Part shown: positions 1-9,537 of the stretch, piece after piece | Position numbering within the stretch: the stretch's first letter is position 1 | Layout: the number at the start of each line of letters is the position of its first letter | Origin: an uncultured Fibrobacteria bacterium | GTDB taxonomy: Bacteria; Fibrobacterota; Fibrobacteria; UBA11236 | NCBI GenBank assembly: GCA_963716395.1 | Contig: OY970309.1 | Coordinates: forward strand, 1,472,001-1,536,000 | DNA length: 64,000 bases | Reading direction: 5' to 3' | Position numbers and translations under genes: made by a program | Notes under the pieces: model-generated | What the model saw: only the letters and a program-made list of their open reading frames with translations | Told to the model about the DNA's origin: nothing | The model's database searches: none

Positions 1-1
1 C

Positions 2-157
2 GACGCCGCGGCCTTTGCCGGCACCTTGGGAGAACATCTGGCGCCGCTGCTATTGGCGCGCTATCGCCGCGGGCTCAGCCGTGTAAATCTGCTCACCGCC
101 TGCGCGGCCGATGCCGACGGCAATTTTCACTTGCAGGTCGTGGCCGAAGACGTTTGA
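2..157 (+). CDS. 3' end of a CDS truncated by the window edge (...VNLLTACAADADGNFHLQVVAEDV*), function unknown
   Basis: Open frame from base 2 to TGA at 155-157 with GC-rich codon usage; translated by hand. Confidence 0.5.
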   Translation, partial: DAAAFAGTLGEHLAPLLLARYRRGLSRVNLLTACAADADGNFHLQVVAEDV

Positions 158-236
158 CCGCGAAAATCCCAACCATCGAAAAATTTTGAGGCGGGTGCGG
201 CTGGCCCCGGCCTGGCGCCGGCCCTAAAATGAAGGC

Positions 237-455
237 ATGGAATCAGGGCTTTCCGCCGCCGTCGGTGGAATCGAAAGTGCTTTCACCACCAACGCCCAAC
301 GTGCGCAGCGCATTGCCGCTGCGTCTCCGGGTGACAATGGCTTTGTGCGCGACATGGCCGAGTTGCCCACCGATGCCGACGCGGTGAAAGCCGATGCGTC
401 CGTGATCAAAACCCAGAACCAAATGCTGGGGACCTTGTTCGATCTCACCGGCTGA
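237..455 (+). CDS. Small flagellar basal-body rod/hook-like protein (only the conserved N- and C-terminal helices)
   Basis: 72 aa; N-term SAAVGGIESAFTTNAQRAQRIA and C-term ASVIKTQNQMLGTLFDL resemble the terminal motifs of FlgC/FlgE/FlgG axial proteins. Confidence 0.6.
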   Translation: MESGLSAAVGGIESAFTTNAQRAQRIAAASPGDNGFVRDMAELPTDADAVKADASVIKTQNQMLGTLFDLTG

Positions 456-499
456 CCGCTCCCGCGAGGGCGCTCAAACCCGCTTGCTACATTCCGAAA

Positions 500-1501
500 A
501 TGGAGAGCTTGCGCTTCGCCGACTTGTCTCCGGTTTTGCTTGAGTTCCTGGCTCGCTACGGCTTTGGTCCGGAAACCCCGATCACCTTGGCTGGCTCGGC
601 CGGTTCGCGGCGCGCTTATTTTCGACTGCGCGCAGGCCTCAACAGCTTTGTGATTTTGGTATCACCTAACGATGACTACGATTTCGGCCGTTTTTTGCGT
701 ATCACGCAATTCTATCGCATGGCGCATTTTCCTGTGCCGCAGGTGTATTGCATCGATGACGCGGCCCACCAGGTGGTGCTCGAAGACCTGGGCGATCGCC
801 GGCTGTATGATCAACTGCGGTCCCATCGGACGCAGGCCCTGGAAAGCTACCGCCAAGCGCTCGACCTGCTGGTCGATTTGCAGACGCGCTGCCAGGCTTT
901 GCATCTCGAATGCCCGGATATCCGCTCGCGCATTTTCGATCGCGGTCACTTGCTGTGGGAGACGGCGTATTACCGCGCCCAATACCTCGAAGGCCTGTGC
1001 GGCCGTAAGTTTGATTTCGCGACCGGCGCGGCGTTGCAATCGGTATTCGACACCTTGGCGACGCTCGTCGATCAGCACCCCAAAGCCATCATGCACCGCG
1101 ATTTCCAGTCACAAAACCTGATGGTGACGCCCGACGGGGCTTTGCATGTCATCGATTATCAGGGCAGTCGCCTGGGTTCGATTTACTACGATCTGGCCTC
1201 GCTGCTGCTCGACCCCTATGTCATGCTGGCTGACGGCGAAATCGAAGAATTGCTCCGCTACTTTCACGCCAAATCGCTCAATCTGCTGGAATTTTCCGAA
1301 TTCCGGCGGGAATTTTTGCATGCGGGTTTGCAGCGCATCATGCAGGCGTTGGGGGCGTTTTGTTTTCTGTCGCACGAAAAAGGTCTGGCGGCCTTCGCCG
1401 CTCATATCGCTCCGGGTGAAGCGAGGCTGCGCTGGGTGCTGCGGGAGTCGGGGCGGGAGGATTGGATGAGAGTGGTGCTACCGAAGGATTCCAGCCCATA
1501 A
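500..1501 (+). CDS. amgK: APH-family phosphotransferase, likely anomeric MurNAc/GlcNAc kinase AmgK
   Basis: GSAGSRRAYFRL, LEDLGD, HRDFQSQNLM, IDYQG, YDLASLL, GLQRIMQALGAF motifs; murU and namZ homologs in the window. Confidence 0.75.
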   Translation: MESLRFADLSPVLLEFLARYGFGPETPITLAGSAGSRRAYFRLRAGLNSFVILVSPNDDYDFGRFLRITQFYRMAHFPVPQVYCIDDAAHQVVLEDLGDRRLYDQLRSHRTQALESYRQALDLLVDLQTRCQALHLECPDIRSRIFDRGHLLWETAYYRAQYLEGLCGRKFDFATGAALQSVFDTLATLVDQHPKAIMHRDFQSQNLMVTPDGALHVIDYQGSRLGSIYYDLASLLLDPYVMLADGEIEELLRYFHAKSLNLLEFSEFRREFLHAGLQRIMQALGAFCFLSHEKGLAAFAAHIAPGEARLRWVLRESGREDWMRVVLPKDSSP

Positions 1502-1614
1502 TTTTTTTCGTGAATTGTCGGGAATTTTTGCGACCCGAAAATAAAAACAGAGGTAAGCCTTACTTCAACAACCTTGAATGAAAGTATTTTGATTCAACTT
1601 ATTTCGAATTTTCG

Positions 1615-2355
1615 ATGAGTATGATGCGTCAAGTCAAGATCCGCGTTACCAAGGGGCTCTCCAAAGTAATGCCCGACAAATTGGTATACCGAACCTTGAT
1701 TTGGCTCTCCTCCATTCCGAAGCAGCGGATATTTCAGGAAGCTTTCAACATCGCGGATCCGAAGAAGACGGCAGTGGATATTGGGGCGAATCGGGGAGTC
1801 GTTTCGTACTTCATGTCGCGGCGATTTCAAAATGTCCACTGCTTTGAACCGAACGCCGACTTGGATTTTTTTTTGGAAAGAGTTTTGCCCTCGAATTGCA
1901 TCTTACACACGTACGCTTTGTCCGACGCGCCTGGTGAAAGCGAATTGTCCGTTGTCCTCTACCGGGGAATCCCCATTCATGGACAAGGTCGAATTTTGGA
2001 AACTTCGAAAACTTCTTGGGAATATGCAGTACAAAAAATAAAATTGGAAACATTGGATAGTCACGGATTGAAGAACATTGGAATCATTAAGATCGACGTC
2101 GAAGGTCACGAGGAAAAAGTCATTCAAGGAGGCATTCAGACTCTGCGGGAGAATAAACCCGTACTGATCATTGAAATTGAAAAACGGCATACCGGTAAAT
2201 CGGCAAAAGCAACGGTTGATTGGATTGAATCGCTGGGTTACAACGGCTTTTTTTTTGAAGGGGCGACGAGGAGAGGCGTTAGCGAATACTTGGATAAAAT
2301 GCAAGAGCCGGGGTACCCGTTTTATATCAACGACTTTTTGTTTCTTCCCAAGTGA
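1615..2355 (+). CDS. FkbM-family methyltransferase
   Basis: VDIGANRG, CFEPN, IKIDVEGHE and KPVLIIE motifs. Confidence 0.9.
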   Translation: MSMMRQVKIRVTKGLSKVMPDKLVYRTLIWLSSIPKQRIFQEAFNIADPKKTAVDIGANRGVVSYFMSRRFQNVHCFEPNADLDFFLERVLPSNCILHTYALSDAPGESELSVVLYRGIPIHGQGRILETSKTSWEYAVQKIKLETLDSHGLKNIGIIKIDVEGHEEKVIQGGIQTLRENKPVLIIEIEKRHTGKSAKATVDWIESLGYNGFFFEGATRRGVSEYLDKMQEPGYPFYINDFLFLPK

Positions 2356-3407
2356 AAATCGCCGTCCTTTCCAGCTTTCCCCCGAAAAAATGCGGGATTG
2401 CTTATCTCACCGAAAATCTTTTTGATGAGCTACGGGCCCAGGGGCATGACCTGATCACCTTTGGCGTCGATGAATCGGCTTGCGACCACCCCATCGATAC
2501 AAAATCGATGTTTGGGTTATTCAAAACTGTCTCCCAAATCCGCAAGCAAAACATCGAATATGTTTCCGTGCAATTCATCATCGGCTTTTTTCGGAAGCGT
2601 TATTTCGGCCTCAATTTACTGCTCTTTTTAATTGCGCTCCGCAAGCACCGCGTGATTGTGACTCTGCACGAAATTCATTACCTGCGGTCTTTCCGGCACT
2701 TGGTTCAGGATCCTTCCACGGTTTTTCACATTGTTCTGGAAGGCTTGATCTCGCGATTGAGTTCCGGAGTGATTGTCCACACCGAATACCAGGCTGCTTG
2801 TTTAAGAAAATACGGGGTTCGAAACGTCCGCTGTATTTATTTGGGAATTCGTCTTTATCCCATTTTACGGGAGCGTAAAACCTTCAACCACGCCTTATTT
2901 TTTGGAAAACTGAGCCCTGCGAAAGGGATTCACTTGTTGCCCGGGATCGCCAAAGTCTGCCCGGAAATTCATTTCACAGTCGCTTGTTCCAGCCAGCCGC
3001 AATATAAAGAATATCAGGTGCAAATGATTCAAGGTTTCGCGGAAATCAAGAACGCTGAATTTATTTGCAAAGAATGGATTGGAGACGAGGAAAAGGAGTC
3101 GTACTTTGCGGCGGCAGATGTGCTGGTATTACCGTATCTCGATGGGTATTACCAAAGTGGCGCGGCTTCGGAATCGGGGGTGTATAACATTCCCGTTATC
3201 GTACCCCGCCTCGGTCCCCTGACGGAAATCGTGGACAAATACCATTCCGGAGAATGCGTGCCTTTTCCGAGTCCGCATGAAATTAAATCGGCTATTTATC
3301 GGATCTTTCAAAATTATCCGAGTTATTTGGCGGGGATTGAACGGTATCGGAATGAGGCGAACTGGACAATTGCGGCCAGGAAATACTGTGAGTTTTTAAT
3401 AGGTTGA
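2352..3407 (+). CDS. Glycosyltransferase family 4 (GT-B)
   Basis: PPKKCGIAY, VTLHE, FFGKLSPAKG, ADVLVLPY...QSGA; 4-bp overlap with the FkbM gene. Confidence 0.9.
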   Translation: MKIAVLSSFPPKKCGIAYLTENLFDELRAQGHDLITFGVDESACDHPIDTKSMFGLFKTVSQIRKQNIEYVSVQFIIGFFRKRYFGLNLLLFLIALRKHRVIVTLHEIHYLRSFRHLVQDPSTVFHIVLEGLISRLSSGVIVHTEYQAACLRKYGVRNVRCIYLGIRLYPILRERKTFNHALFFGKLSPAKGIHLLPGIAKVCPEIHFTVACSSQPQYKEYQVQMIQGFAEIKNAEFICKEWIGDEEKESYFAAADVLVLPYLDGYYQSGAASESGVYNIPVIVPRLGPLTEIVDKYHSGECVPFPSPHEIKSAIYRIFQNYPSYLAGIERYRNEANWTIAARKYCEFLIG

Positions 3408-3522
3408 GCCTCGTTTAGCCGGGCGGGCGGCAATATCATGTGGTCCTGGAATGATGCGCAGCTACCAACACTTCAAGGCGGGTGGTGCTTCTTCCAAATA
3501 AGATAGTTTTTTGTTCGGGTCT

Positions 3523-4455
3523 TTATCCATTTGGAATTTTGGAGGTCGCGGCATTTCTCCATAATATCCACCCACCCCCAATCATGCCGTTGATGACCTG
3601 AAGAGAATAGCTCACCGCACTTACTGCAATGATTTTAGGGGCCGTATACCCCATCGTGGTGTGAAGCAAAAATAAATTCAGGTATTCTACCACACCGATG
3701 CCGTTGATGCTGATGGGCAATAGGATCAGGGTGTTAATGATCGCCATTTGAAAGCAAAGGAAAAGAAGGGGGATTTTAATTTGTACGCCCCAGAAAATGC
3801 AATAGGACGCTCCAATCATAAGAATTTGAATTCCTACAGTGAGCAGAAAAACCTTTCCAACTAGACCAGGGGTGCGTATCGCAGTCTTCATCGATTTGAG
3901 CATTTTAACGAATGTTGCGCGAAAGGTGGGGACAAGAAAAATGGCGGCCGCCCCGCAAGCCATGGCAAGACCAAGAAATATCAGTTTGCTCCAGGAAAGT
4001 TGCGCTTTCTGCCACACTTCCAAAACGGGACCCCTGAAATAGATGAATCCGACGATACCCACAATCCATTGAATTCCGAGACCGAGGAATTGGGAGAAGA
4101 AAACCAAGCTGGATTCATGGAACGGTTTATCGTATTTCTTTCCAAATAATATCACTTTCAACATTTCGGAACTTAAACTGCCGGGAAGAATAAGGCGGTA
4201 AAAAACCCCGACGAAAATGAAGTGAAGGTATTTGGAGATCGGCAATCCGGGAATGTGGAGCAGGCATTTCCAGCGCCAAGCTTGCAAATACAGGATTCCG
4301 AACATCAGTAAATAGCCCATACCGATCCAACCGAAATGGGCGTTTCGCAGCGACTCCCATACATCTTTCCAAGAAATGGCGAAAATTAAATAACCCACAA
4401 ATCCCGTGCTGATGCACAGCTTAAACCAGAATTTAAAGCGGGGACTCATTTTCAT
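3523..4455 (-). CDS. Lysylphosphatidylglycerol-synthase-TM / UPF0104 flippase-like membrane protein
   Basis: Multi-TM protein with AWRWKCLL, LILPGSLSSE and LPISINGIGVVE motifs. Confidence 0.8.
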   Translation of the reverse strand: MKMSPRFKFWFKLCISTGFVGYLIFAISWKDVWESLRNAHFGWIGMGYLLMFGILYLQAWRWKCLLHIPGLPISKYLHFIFVGVFYRLILPGSLSSEMLKVILFGKKYDKPFHESSLVFFSQFLGLGIQWIVGIVGFIYFRGPVLEVWQKAQLSWSKLIFLGLAMACGAAAIFLVPTFRATFVKMLKSMKTAIRTPGLVGKVFLLTVGIQILMIGASYCIFWGVQIKIPLLFLCFQMAIINTLILLPISINGIGVVEYLNLFLLHTTMGYTAPKIIAVSAVSYSLQVINGMIGGGWILWRNAATSKIPNG

Positions 4456-4489
4456 GCGGAGCCCCCTCCTAAAGGGGTTCCGCGTGGAA

Positions 4490-5788
4490 TCATTTCGAAA
4501 TAATTTCCAACGAGGGCAAAGGAAAAATCAATTTGCCGCCCTTGTTCAAGAATTGTTTCACCTGCGGCAGGTTTAAGAAAAAAGGCTTGAAGTGATAAGG
4601 CCCGACCACTAAGTAATCAGGATTGGATGCAAATACTTCTTTTTCCGAAACGATGGGAATCTTGCTTCCCGGTGTAGTGCGTCCGAATTTATCCTCGTTC
4701 ACCTCTCCGATTTTCGGAAGGAGATCGGGAGTGATACCGCAATACTGCAGTACCGCGTTGAATTTTGTGGATGCACCCAAGCCAAACACCACCTGCCCTC
4801 TGTCCCGGATATCTTGAAGTAGTTTCCGGAATTCCTGTTTATGCAATTTTGCACTGCTTTCAAATGTCCGGTAGATGGCCAACTCTTCCAAACCGAGAAT
4901 TTGCTCCTGTTTTTCCAAGAGGCAAACGGAAGGATGGGTGGGCTTGTTTTTAGAATGCTCGGCAACAATGCGAAAGCTTCCACCGTTGCAATCGTTCAAC
5001 TCCACCTCGCGAATGGAAAGGCCGGCCTCTCGCAGGATTCGACTGATTTGGGCAAGCGAATAGTACTCCAAATGTTCCTGCACGGCCGTGTCATACATGT
5101 TTTTCGCCAACATGAGCAGAGAATAACTTTGCTCGAAAACCCAGATTCCGTCGGGGTGAAGAATTCGTTTGATGTCCTTGGCGAATGCGACGGGATCTTC
5201 CAAATCATAAAAGCACGCGATGGAGCTCACGATTTTGATTTTGCGATTGGTGTCGCGAAAGTATTCGAGAAAGATTTCGGAGTTGAAAAATTCGGGGATG
5301 GCAACAATCCCCTCGTTGTAATACTGCTTGAATTTGGGAATGGTGGGATCCATGCCCACAAAGGTGATTTCGCGCGGAACCAAGGATTTCTCAGAAGCAT
5401 CGGGAGCTTCGGACTGAATGTTTTGATAGGACCTTAACAGCGTTCCGTCGTTACTGCCGATATCCAAGACCATATCTCCGGAGGCCAGACAGACCAATGA
5501 ACTCGCATAACGTGCCAAGGCTTGAAGGTGATCGGTCATGGAGCGATTTAGCCCGGAACGATAGCCATAATTTTCTCCATACATTTTGTCCAGGGACACG
5601 CTATGCTTGATTTGCACAAGCCCGCATGCCCCTTCTCCATAACATTTCACCAAAATTACCGGAGTGGCCTCCACCTCTTCCCCAACCTTTGGAAAAACAC
5701 CCGTGAGCGCCTGCATTCCCAAATCCAAAATGGGTTCTAAGCGCGTATTGCCGCAAATCCTGCAGCGATGGATCTCACGGTAGGACAT
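4490..5788 (-). CDS. NDP-hexose C-methyltransferase-like protein (Zn-binding N-term, class I SAM domain, C-methyltransferase C-term)
   Basis: CRICG...LDLG.QALTG.FP, LVQ, YGYRSG, VLDIGSNDG, EHLEYYS, NGGSFR, GASTK, KFGRTTPGSKIPI. Confidence 0.85.
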   Translation of the reverse strand: MSYREIHRCRICGNTRLEPILDLGMQALTGVFPKVGEEVEATPVILVKCYGEGACGLVQIKHSVSLDKMYGENYGYRSGLNRSMTDHLQALARYASSLVCLASGDMVLDIGSNDGTLLRSYQNIQSEAPDASEKSLVPREITFVGMDPTIPKFKQYYNEGIVAIPEFFNSEIFLEYFRDTNRKIKIVSSIACFYDLEDPVAFAKDIKRILHPDGIWVFEQSYSLLMLAKNMYDTAVQEHLEYYSLAQISRILREAGLSIREVELNDCNGGSFRIVAEHSKNKPTHPSVCLLEKQEQILGLEELAIYRTFESSAKLHKQEFRKLLQDIRDRGQVVFGLGASTKFNAVLQYCGITPDLLPKIGEVNEDKFGRTTPGSKIPIVSEKEVFASNPDYLVVGPYHFKPFFLNLPQVKQFLNKGGKLIFPLPSLEIISK

Positions 5789-5929
5789 TTCTACTCCCGT
5801 TTTTCGGTTGAATTACCCATCAAATTAACCGCTGAAAGGCAAGAAAGAAAACTTGATTTAGAACCGAATCCGAGGTAATTCATCCACCACAGTTCCAGTC
5901 TGTTTCTGTTTGGGGCAAAGCCAAGGACT

Positions 5930-8287
5930 TCAGGTTGCCGCAGCTGAGGTGGTTGTATTTCTCCGTTTTGGGAAAAGAAGAAATGAAGAACTCACCAATG
6001 CAAGAAGGCTCAATACTGCCACCCACAATCCCGTGCGTAGCCACGGGCTGCGATAATGGAATGCAACCGTATGCTTCCCGGCTGTCAATTGCACTCCGCG
6101 AAAGGCGTAGTCGGTGCGCAGAAGGGGCACGGGCATGCCGTCCAGCTTAACCTTCCAATTCGGAAACCACATGCCGGACACAATGAAAATTCCCGGGGCG
6201 GCGGTTTCCACCCTATACACCTGTTGATTGTAACTGTGTTTTAGTTCGCCGATGTGGGCCAAGTCCGAGGTGTCGGATAGATTTCCGCCGGAAGAGAGCC
6301 CGACACCAGAAACATAGGCGAGACGCCTGGGATTAAATCCGGGTTCCTTCATTTTCAGCAACGCGTCCGAATCGGAAAGGGCCTGCCAGGCTGGAACGAA
6401 GAAAGCGCGCGGCAGAGCCGAGTTGTTGCGGGCCAATTTCAGGCCGGGATCATTGGGCAGCCGATAGGCCAGATATTTCACATTCAGCAAGTCCAGAAAT
6501 GGACTGCCCGAAACCGAACCGTCGGGGTTTTCCTTCAGGCCGGCCATGAGGTTGGGATTGGTCTGGTAATCGTTACCGCGGTAGGTGCGGTAGGTACGCA
6601 TCTCGTTGTCAGTCCAACCATCGACCGTTTCGATGCCATGGTATTGCATGAACCAGCGGTCATAGGCCTGACCGATACCCAAAACGCGAAAGCGCGAGGT
6701 ATCTGCTTTGAGTACGTCGATGGCTTCTTCATGTGGCAGTACACGGCTGGGGTCGTAGCCGCTGATGAAATTCGCATTGACCCAATACAGGTCTACGACC
6801 GTTACGGTCAGCGCCAGCCACCCGAACAGTGCGGGCCGTCGCGTCTTCAGCAAAAATGCCCCGGCGCCCCAGGTCAGAATGGCCAACAGTGCGCCGGTAC
6901 GTAGCGCCCCGATGGCAAACGGGGTTTTATCCATGGCTTGACGCGCGATGTTGGGAATTTGCGATGCATCGAAAACACTGTCCCAAATCGAAAAAACTGT
7001 GTCGGGCATCAGACCGCACAGCGCGGCCAAGCCCGCCGCTCCGAAGCCGACGAGATAAAATCGCTTCATGGCCTTAGCCCGAGCCGTTTCAGGCCACTTC
7101 TCGATTCCTTCCGACAGGCGGCGCAAGGTTTCAGCCGACATGAGCAGCAAGGCAGTGGCCAACCAGAACAGAATCATGCTAGGCGCACGGAAGTTCTTGA
7201 CTCCCGGGACGATTTCATAGACCACGCGAAACAGCGGCGTGTGCGCTCCGAGCCCGTACAGGATGGAGAGCAGGCCCACACTTCCCCAAAACCAATACCA
7301 GCGATTCCGGAAGGCGAACAATCCCAAGAGTCCGAGGAACCATACCAAAAGACCCGGATATTCAGAATTGAGTTTGAAGGGATTTCGTCCCCAATAATTT
7401 TCGTTGAGGCCGGCAAATTCCGGCACCACAAGCGCGGCGGCCTCTTCGGGGTGCAGAGACCAAGAGGCCGCGTGCTCGAAAGTCGTATTGGCCCCCGAAC
7501 CCCGGATGCCGAATTCCTTGGTGTATTTCAGCGGTGGGTAGAAAATGAAGAAAACGAGTCCGATGCCGAGTAGAATCGGCACCCAGAAGCGCAAAGCCAA
7601 TTTTCCGACTTCAACCCAATTCCTTTGGCGAAGCGGGGGAAAAAGAAAGTACAGCCAGATCAGGAAATATCCCATGAGCACGTAATAAGTGAATTGCAAA
7701 TGCGAAGTGGAAATGAACAAGGCAATAGTCAGGGCCAATCCCACCAAATGCCGGCGCGCGGCTACCGGACCCAATACCCGTAGCAGAAAGTATATCGATA
7801 GCGGCAGCCAAGCCATGATGAAAAACTTGGCGGTGTGGCCGGAGTGGATATCGGAGATGAAATTGGTGTTGAACATGTAGGCCACGGCCAACGCGGTCGC
7901 CAGCCAGGTGTTCAGGCGAAAATACCGTTGGGTGAGAATGAAAGCCCCAAAGCCCGCCACCAAAACATGCAGAATGAAATCCCACGTCACGACCTGGCTC
8001 ACTGGGAGCAAGAGGCCCAGTACGATGAAGGGTGGAAAAGAAGCGTCGCCGAACATGGCGTCGAAAGTAGGCATGCCGGCCAATCCATATGGATTCCAAA
8101 GTGGAATTTCGCCATGCCGCAAGGCGTCGAAATAAAACTTCCAGGCCGGCGCGCCGATTTGATCCGAAGCGAAGAGAATATGACCGGAAAAAATGACGCT
8201 GAGAAAAGGCAAAAGACCGATAATAAGGATGACGACGAGTGCTTTCCAATGCTCCTTGAGCCAGGATCGGTATTCCGACCACGCCAT
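5930..8287 (-). CDS. YfhO-family (GT-C-like) membrane glycosyltransferase
   Basis: GEIPLWNPY..AGMP N-term motif, many TM helices, LDLLNVKY, ALPRAFF, WFPNWKVKLDG...DYAFRGV...GKHTVAFHY; start set at ATG 8287 after GGGGGA. Confidence 0.85.
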   Translation of the reverse strand: MAWSEYRSWLKEHWKALVVILIIGLLPFLSVIFSGHILFASDQIGAPAWKFYFDALRHGEIPLWNPYGLAGMPTFDAMFGDASFPPFIVLGLLLPVSQVVTWDFILHVLVAGFGAFILTQRYFRLNTWLATALAVAYMFNTNFISDIHSGHTAKFFIMAWLPLSIYFLLRVLGPVAARRHLVGLALTIALFISTSHLQFTYYVLMGYFLIWLYFLFPPLRQRNWVEVGKLALRFWVPILLGIGLVFFIFYPPLKYTKEFGIRGSGANTTFEHAASWSLHPEEAAALVVPEFAGLNENYWGRNPFKLNSEYPGLLVWFLGLLGLFAFRNRWYWFWGSVGLLSILYGLGAHTPLFRVVYEIVPGVKNFRAPSMILFWLATALLLMSAETLRRLSEGIEKWPETARAKAMKRFYLVGFGAAGLAALCGLMPDTVFSIWDSVFDASQIPNIARQAMDKTPFAIGALRTGALLAILTWGAGAFLLKTRRPALFGWLALTVTVVDLYWVNANFISGYDPSRVLPHEEAIDVLKADTSRFRVLGIGQAYDRWFMQYHGIETVDGWTDNEMRTYRTYRGNDYQTNPNLMAGLKENPDGSVSGSPFLDLLNVKYLAYRLPNDPGLKLARNNSALPRAFFVPAWQALSDSDALLKMKEPGFNPRRLAYVSGVGLSSGGNLSDTSDLAHIGELKHSYNQQVYRVETAAPGIFIVSGMWFPNWKVKLDGMPVPLLRTDYAFRGVQLTAGKHTVAFHYRSPWLRTGLWVAVLSLLALVSSSFLLFPKRRNTTTSAAAT

Positions 8288-8312
8288 AATTCCCCCCAAG
8301 GTTTGCATCAAT

Positions 8313-9431
8313 TTAGCTATTGTGAAGAAAAGTCCATTCGCTCTCCGCGATGGCATCCCAGCTAAAACGCTTCGCCCGCTCGCGACCGCGGCGCCCCAAA
8401 TTCTCGCGTAACCAAGCGTTCTGAATCAGGCAGAGCATGGACCGGCCCAGCGCAACACAATCTTCGGAAGGTACGGCGAGAGCGGTTTCTCCCAAAGCCA
8501 GACTGTCGCGAAAGCCGTCGGTATCTGTGACCAGAACCGCTTTGCCGGCGGCATTGGCTTCGAGGGCTGCGATACCGAATCCTTCGAAACGCGAGGGCGA
8601 GCAGAAGAAAAGGCAAGTGGATAAAAGTTCGCGTTTGCGCGTTTCATCGATACCGGTTTCCATACGAACACTGGCTTGCAAATTCTCCGGCACCAAGGCT
8701 TTGGCTTTTCGGAGGCTTGCTTCTGACGCACGTCCGGCCAGCACAAGATTTATGCCAAGTGGCGCTGCAGATTCGGCAAAAGCGGTCAGCAGAAGATCGA
8801 GACCTTTCATGTACACATCAAAGCGACCCAAGAACAGAATAAAGGGCGGAGTCGCTGGGCGGGATTCCAATGCAAGCAAAGCGGGATCAATTCCGTTGGC
8901 GGTGAGCTGAACCGAAGCTTTCGGGTTGAGCCGCCGGATGTGATCCTGCAAAGAACGGTTGGATACGAGGAAACGACGCCCGCATCGCAAAAACAGTTGT
9001 TCGCTGAGATAGGCGACAACGCCGAGGGGTCCGTATTTGCGGAACGATTGCGCCCCTACGGTGTGATGCATCACGAAATAAATCCGGCGGCCGCGGACAA
9101 GGGACAGGAGAACCGGGGCATAGATTGAAGGACTGACCCCGATAGTCTGAGCAGAATCGAACAAGATTCGTAAATTGGCGGCTACCGCGTAGGTCAACCG
9201 ACAGAGCCAGTTGGTTTTGCCAAAGCCCAAACCACAGATTTCGATTCCGTCGAGCACTCCGGACTTGAATCCAGGATAACGGCTCGTAATCAAGCGAACC
9301 GGAACGCGCTGGACGAAACGCCGCAGCGTTTCGAAATCACGCACGGCACCCCCTCCTGAAACCCAGGGGTTACCTAGGCTGTCAAAGGAGTAATATGAAA
9401 TTTGGAAGGGGCGATTCGAGCCTGGCATCAT
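8313..9431 (-). CDS. Glycosyltransferase family 4 (GT-B)
   Basis: GGGA N-term, FLGRFDVYMKGLDLL, PSRFEGFGIAALEANAAG. Confidence 0.92.
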   Translation of the reverse strand: MMPGSNRPFQISYYSFDSLGNPWVSGGGAVRDFETLRRFVQRVPVRLITSRYPGFKSGVLDGIEICGLGFGKTNWLCRLTYAVAANLRILFDSAQTIGVSPSIYAPVLLSLVRGRRIYFVMHHTVGAQSFRKYGPLGVVAYLSEQLFLRCGRRFLVSNRSLQDHIRRLNPKASVQLTANGIDPALLALESRPATPPFILFLGRFDVYMKGLDLLLTAFAESAAPLGINLVLAGRASEASLRKAKALVPENLQASVRMETGIDETRKRELLSTCLFFCSPSRFEGFGIAALEANAAGKAVLVTDTDGFRDSLALGETALAVPSEDCVALGRSMLCLIQNAWLRENLGRRGRERAKRFSWDAIAESEWTFLHNS

Positions 9432-9537
9432 GCAGAGGCAAAGTTAAAACCTCTGGACTTACCGGCCGGATAGTTTTCTATCGCATTCAATATCCGTGCG
9501 GAGAATTGCTGAAACCCTTCGCTCGGCCGAGATTCGT

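Noticed and set aside
5809-5882. TGAATTACC/GGTAATTCA inverted repeat upstream of the C-methyltransferase as a structured RNA or MITE
   Set aside because: Only 9-bp arms in AT-rich DNA, no target duplication and no match to a riboswitch I recognise
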